Source: an uncultured archaeon
Lineage (GTDB): Archaea; Iainarchaeota; Iainarchaeia; Iainarchaeales; CSSED10-239
Direction of reading: 5' to 3'
DNA length: 6,976 bases
Assembly: GCA_964586355.1 (NCBI GenBank)
Contig: CAZPGO010000016.1
Location: 1-6,976, forward strand
Shown: positions 5,549 through 6,976 of the stretch, one piece after another
Layout: each line of letters opens with the position of its first letter
Position numbering within the stretch: position 1 is the stretch's first letter
Position numbers and translations under genes: made by a program
Notes under the pieces: model-generated
Database searches by the model: none
Told to the model about the DNA's origin: nothing
What the model saw: only the letters and a program-made list of their open reading frames with translations

Positions 5549-6241
5549 TTATAATCTAAATCTGTATTTAGTGGCATTGAAGTTTTGATTAATTTCTTGC
5601 ACAGTAAGTGGTCTGTTGTATACTTTAAAGTTAGTAATTTGAGAAGATCCAGTGTCGGCCGAACCAAATGACCCATTAAAAAAATATGCCCCTATATAAA
5701 AATCGCCCGTCATGGATACTGATGTGTCGGCTGTTTTAGTTATAGTTTCCGTTGAATTAATATATAGCTTTGCAGTTCCACTAGCAATATTTAGACATAG
5801 ATGAGTCCAAGATAAGGAAACACTTGCCCTTGTACCAGTAAATCCGCCACCCCAAAAATAACTTCCAAATCCAGCATCCCAAAAACCATCGTAATTTCCT
5901 GCATAAAGCCTATTATCCGTAGGGCTTTGTATTCCAAAATATACTTTTCGTTCATTAATAGAATTGGGTCTTATCCACACATCAACTGCTGCTGATACGG
6001 TTGGTCCAGGAAAATATGTAGAAACAGTACCAATGTTGATATAATCATCAACTCCATCAAAATGAAAACACCCTTTCCCATCCGACCAATAAGCCGCCCC
6101 ATTAATCGCAGCATCGTTCTGATTGCCGGATAAGTCATACAGAGTGTTGCCACTACCAGGATAGCTTTTACTGATAATAGGATCTAGCATTAATACCAAT
6201 CCATCTGTAACTATTTTTGGTGGGCCGTTTTGGTAACTCAT
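5549..6241 (-). CDS. LamG / concanavalin-A-like lectin-fold protein (Laminin_G_3-type), single domain, paralog B
   Basis: 230 aa. The N-terminal hallmark is TDGLVLMLDP-x-KSYPGSGNTLYDLSGNQNDA. Further motifs are FHFDGVDDYINIG and W-T-H-L, and the C-terminal hallmark is ITNFKVYNRPLTVQEINQNF. There is no signal peptide. The start lies 1 nt after the stop of paralog A. Confidence 0.8.
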   Translation of the reverse strand: MSYQNGPPKIVTDGLVLMLDPIISKSYPGSGNTLYDLSGNQNDAAINGAAYWSDGKGCFHFDGVDDYINIGTVSTYFPGPTVSAAVDVWIRPNSINERKVYFGIQSPTDNRLYAGNYDGFWDAGFGSYFWGGGFTGTRASVSLSWTHLCLNIASGTAKLYINSTETITKTADTSVSMTGDFYIGAYFFNGSFGSADTGSSQITNFKVYNRPLTVQEINQNFNATKYRFRL

Positions 6242-6242
6242 T

Positions 6243-6947
6243 TTATATATGCCTTATTTGAAGTGCTTTGTAATTTTGTAATATTTCACTATCTGTTAGT
6301 GACCTATTGTAGATGCTAAAATTTGATATACCTCCTACAAACAAACCATCTGGCCAACCTGTAGTACCGGCCCTGCCCAAACCTAGTAAATTATAAGCAG
6401 CATTATTTGTATTTGCAGACACATAAGAACCAGAAGAGTGTAATATTCCATTTCTGTAAGTTTTAATATATCCTTCATCATAATTTGCCACAGCAGCTAA
6501 ATGCAGCCAATTGTTTTCGTCTGGAGGTCCTATAGAAACACTTGAAGTGTTGGGGGGTCCACTATTATCAAATTGGTCAAACACCCAATTTCCTGCCCAT
6601 ATACGAAATCCTAGTCTTTCCCAACTGCTGCTACCAAAACCTATTCTTGGCATATTTTCATTACCTGTGGCAACTCCTTTGACCCAAGCACACCAAGTAA
6701 AATTAGTATCAGTAAAAGAATTGAATAAATATGGAATTGTAGCATAACTATTACTTGTGCCATCAAAAGACATATATTTAGCGTTATTATTTGTCTCGAA
6801 AGATGCCCCGCTTAATAATGTTGCATTATTATTGCCAACCAAATCATACCAAGTTGAACCACTACCAGGGTAGCTTTTAAGATTTCCAGCATCTAAGTAT
6901 ATTTCAAGACCACCTGTTGTTATTCTTGGTCCATATCCAGTTGTCAT
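6243..6947 (-). CDS. LamG / concanavalin-A-like lectin-fold protein (Laminin_G_3-type), single domain, paralog A
   Basis: 234 aa. The N-terminal hallmark is TGGLEIYLDAGNLKSYPGSGSTWYDLVGNNNATL. Further motifs are MSFDGTSNSYATIP and NWLHLAAV, and the C-terminal hallmark is ISNFSIYNRSLTDSEILQNY. There is no signal peptide. An SD sits upstream at 6956-6961. Confidence 0.8.
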   Translation of the reverse strand: MTTGYGPRITTGGLEIYLDAGNLKSYPGSGSTWYDLVGNNNATLLSGASFETNNNAKYMSFDGTSNSYATIPYLFNSFTDTNFTWCAWVKGVATGNENMPRIGFGSSSWERLGFRIWAGNWVFDQFDNSGPPNTSSVSIGPPDENNWLHLAAVANYDEGYIKTYRNGILHSSGSYVSANTNNAAYNLLGLGRAGTTGWPDGLFVGGISNFSIYNRSLTDSEILQNYKALQIRHI

Positions 6948-6955
6948 AATCCAAA

Positions 6956-6961
6956 CCTTCC
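6956..6961 (-). promoter_or_regulatory. Shine-Dalgarno site (GGAAGG on the - strand) for the LamG gene starting at 6947
   Basis: The + strand reads CCTTCC, which is GGAAGG on the - strand, 8 nt upstream of the ATG (CAT at 6945-6947). Confidence 0.55.
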
Positions 6962-6976
6962 TTTTGTGGCTAGGTA

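Noticed and set aside
5971-6153. A 60 aa - strand ORF in an alternative frame inside LamG paralog B.
   Set aside because: It is nested out of frame in a gene with clear LamG motifs. It has no SD and no motif, so it is probably a chance ORF.
6511-6747. A 78 aa + strand ORF antisense to LamG paralog A.
   Set aside because: It is an antisense shadow of a well-supported gene, and its Pro/Leu/Ser-rich translation carries no motif.
5549-6947. Multiple N-x-S/T sequons in the LamG proteins (about 5 in paralog A and 3 in paralog B), which might be evidence that they are N-glycosylation targets.
   Set aside because: Such tripeptides are expected in Asn/Ser/Thr-rich proteins. None has the acidic -2 residue of the bacterial PglB sequon, and no oligosaccharyltransferase is present in the window.
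5114-6976. A jump in G+C from roughly 25 percent in the + operon to roughly 40 percent in the LamG genes (sampled by eye), which might mark a horizontal-transfer boundary.
   Set aside because: Third codon positions in the LamG genes remain mostly A/T (for example GGT, GGA, ACA, TCA and AAT). The shift is therefore explained by the Gly/Ser/Thr/Pro/Ala-rich amino-acid composition rather than by a foreign codon signature. A proper GC3 calculation would settle this.
1-6976. I searched by eye for CRISPR repeats, inverted terminal repeats, integrase or transposase genes, and rRNA/tRNA genes.
   Set aside because: I found no regularly spaced direct repeats, no recombinase-like ORFs and no structured RNA signatures.

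Overview
This window is AT-rich, very gene-dense DNA with Shine-Dalgarno sites, so it is prokaryotic or, more likely, phage. By eye the left 5 kb is roughly a quarter G+C.

Bases 1-5113 form one + strand operon that enters the window mid-gene. It has eight head-to-tail ORFs joined by 4-32 nt overlaps or short SD-containing spacers. In order they are:
- the C-terminal end of a Sulfotransfer_2-like sulfotransferase
- a GT8-like DxD transferase
- a small DxD (Nucleotid_trans-like) transferase
- a GT-D/DUF1792-like protein with a TTG start
- a Cys/His-rich orphan
- a second small DxD transferase
- an exostosin/GT47-like transferase
- a class I SAM methyltransferase

I see no TM segment or signal peptide in any of them. 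The window contains no flippase, polymerase, priming phosphoglycosyltransferase or nucleotide-sugar synthesis gene.

Bases 5300-6947 are convergent on the - strand. They hold two tandem paralogous single-domain LamG (concanavalin-A-like lectin fold) proteins of about 230 aa, both without signal peptides, followed by a 77 aa Lys-rich ORF.

A 186 nt gap (5114-5299) between the two blocks is the only sizeable non-coding stretch. I recognised no rRNA, tRNA, CRISPR array, integrase or transposase.

My working interpretation is an inference: a virus-borne or hypervariable-island cassette that builds a sulfated, methylated hetero-oligosaccharide with soluble enzymes only, next to lectin-fold proteins that could read or carry that glycan. 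All family calls come from motif recognition by eye. No searches were run.
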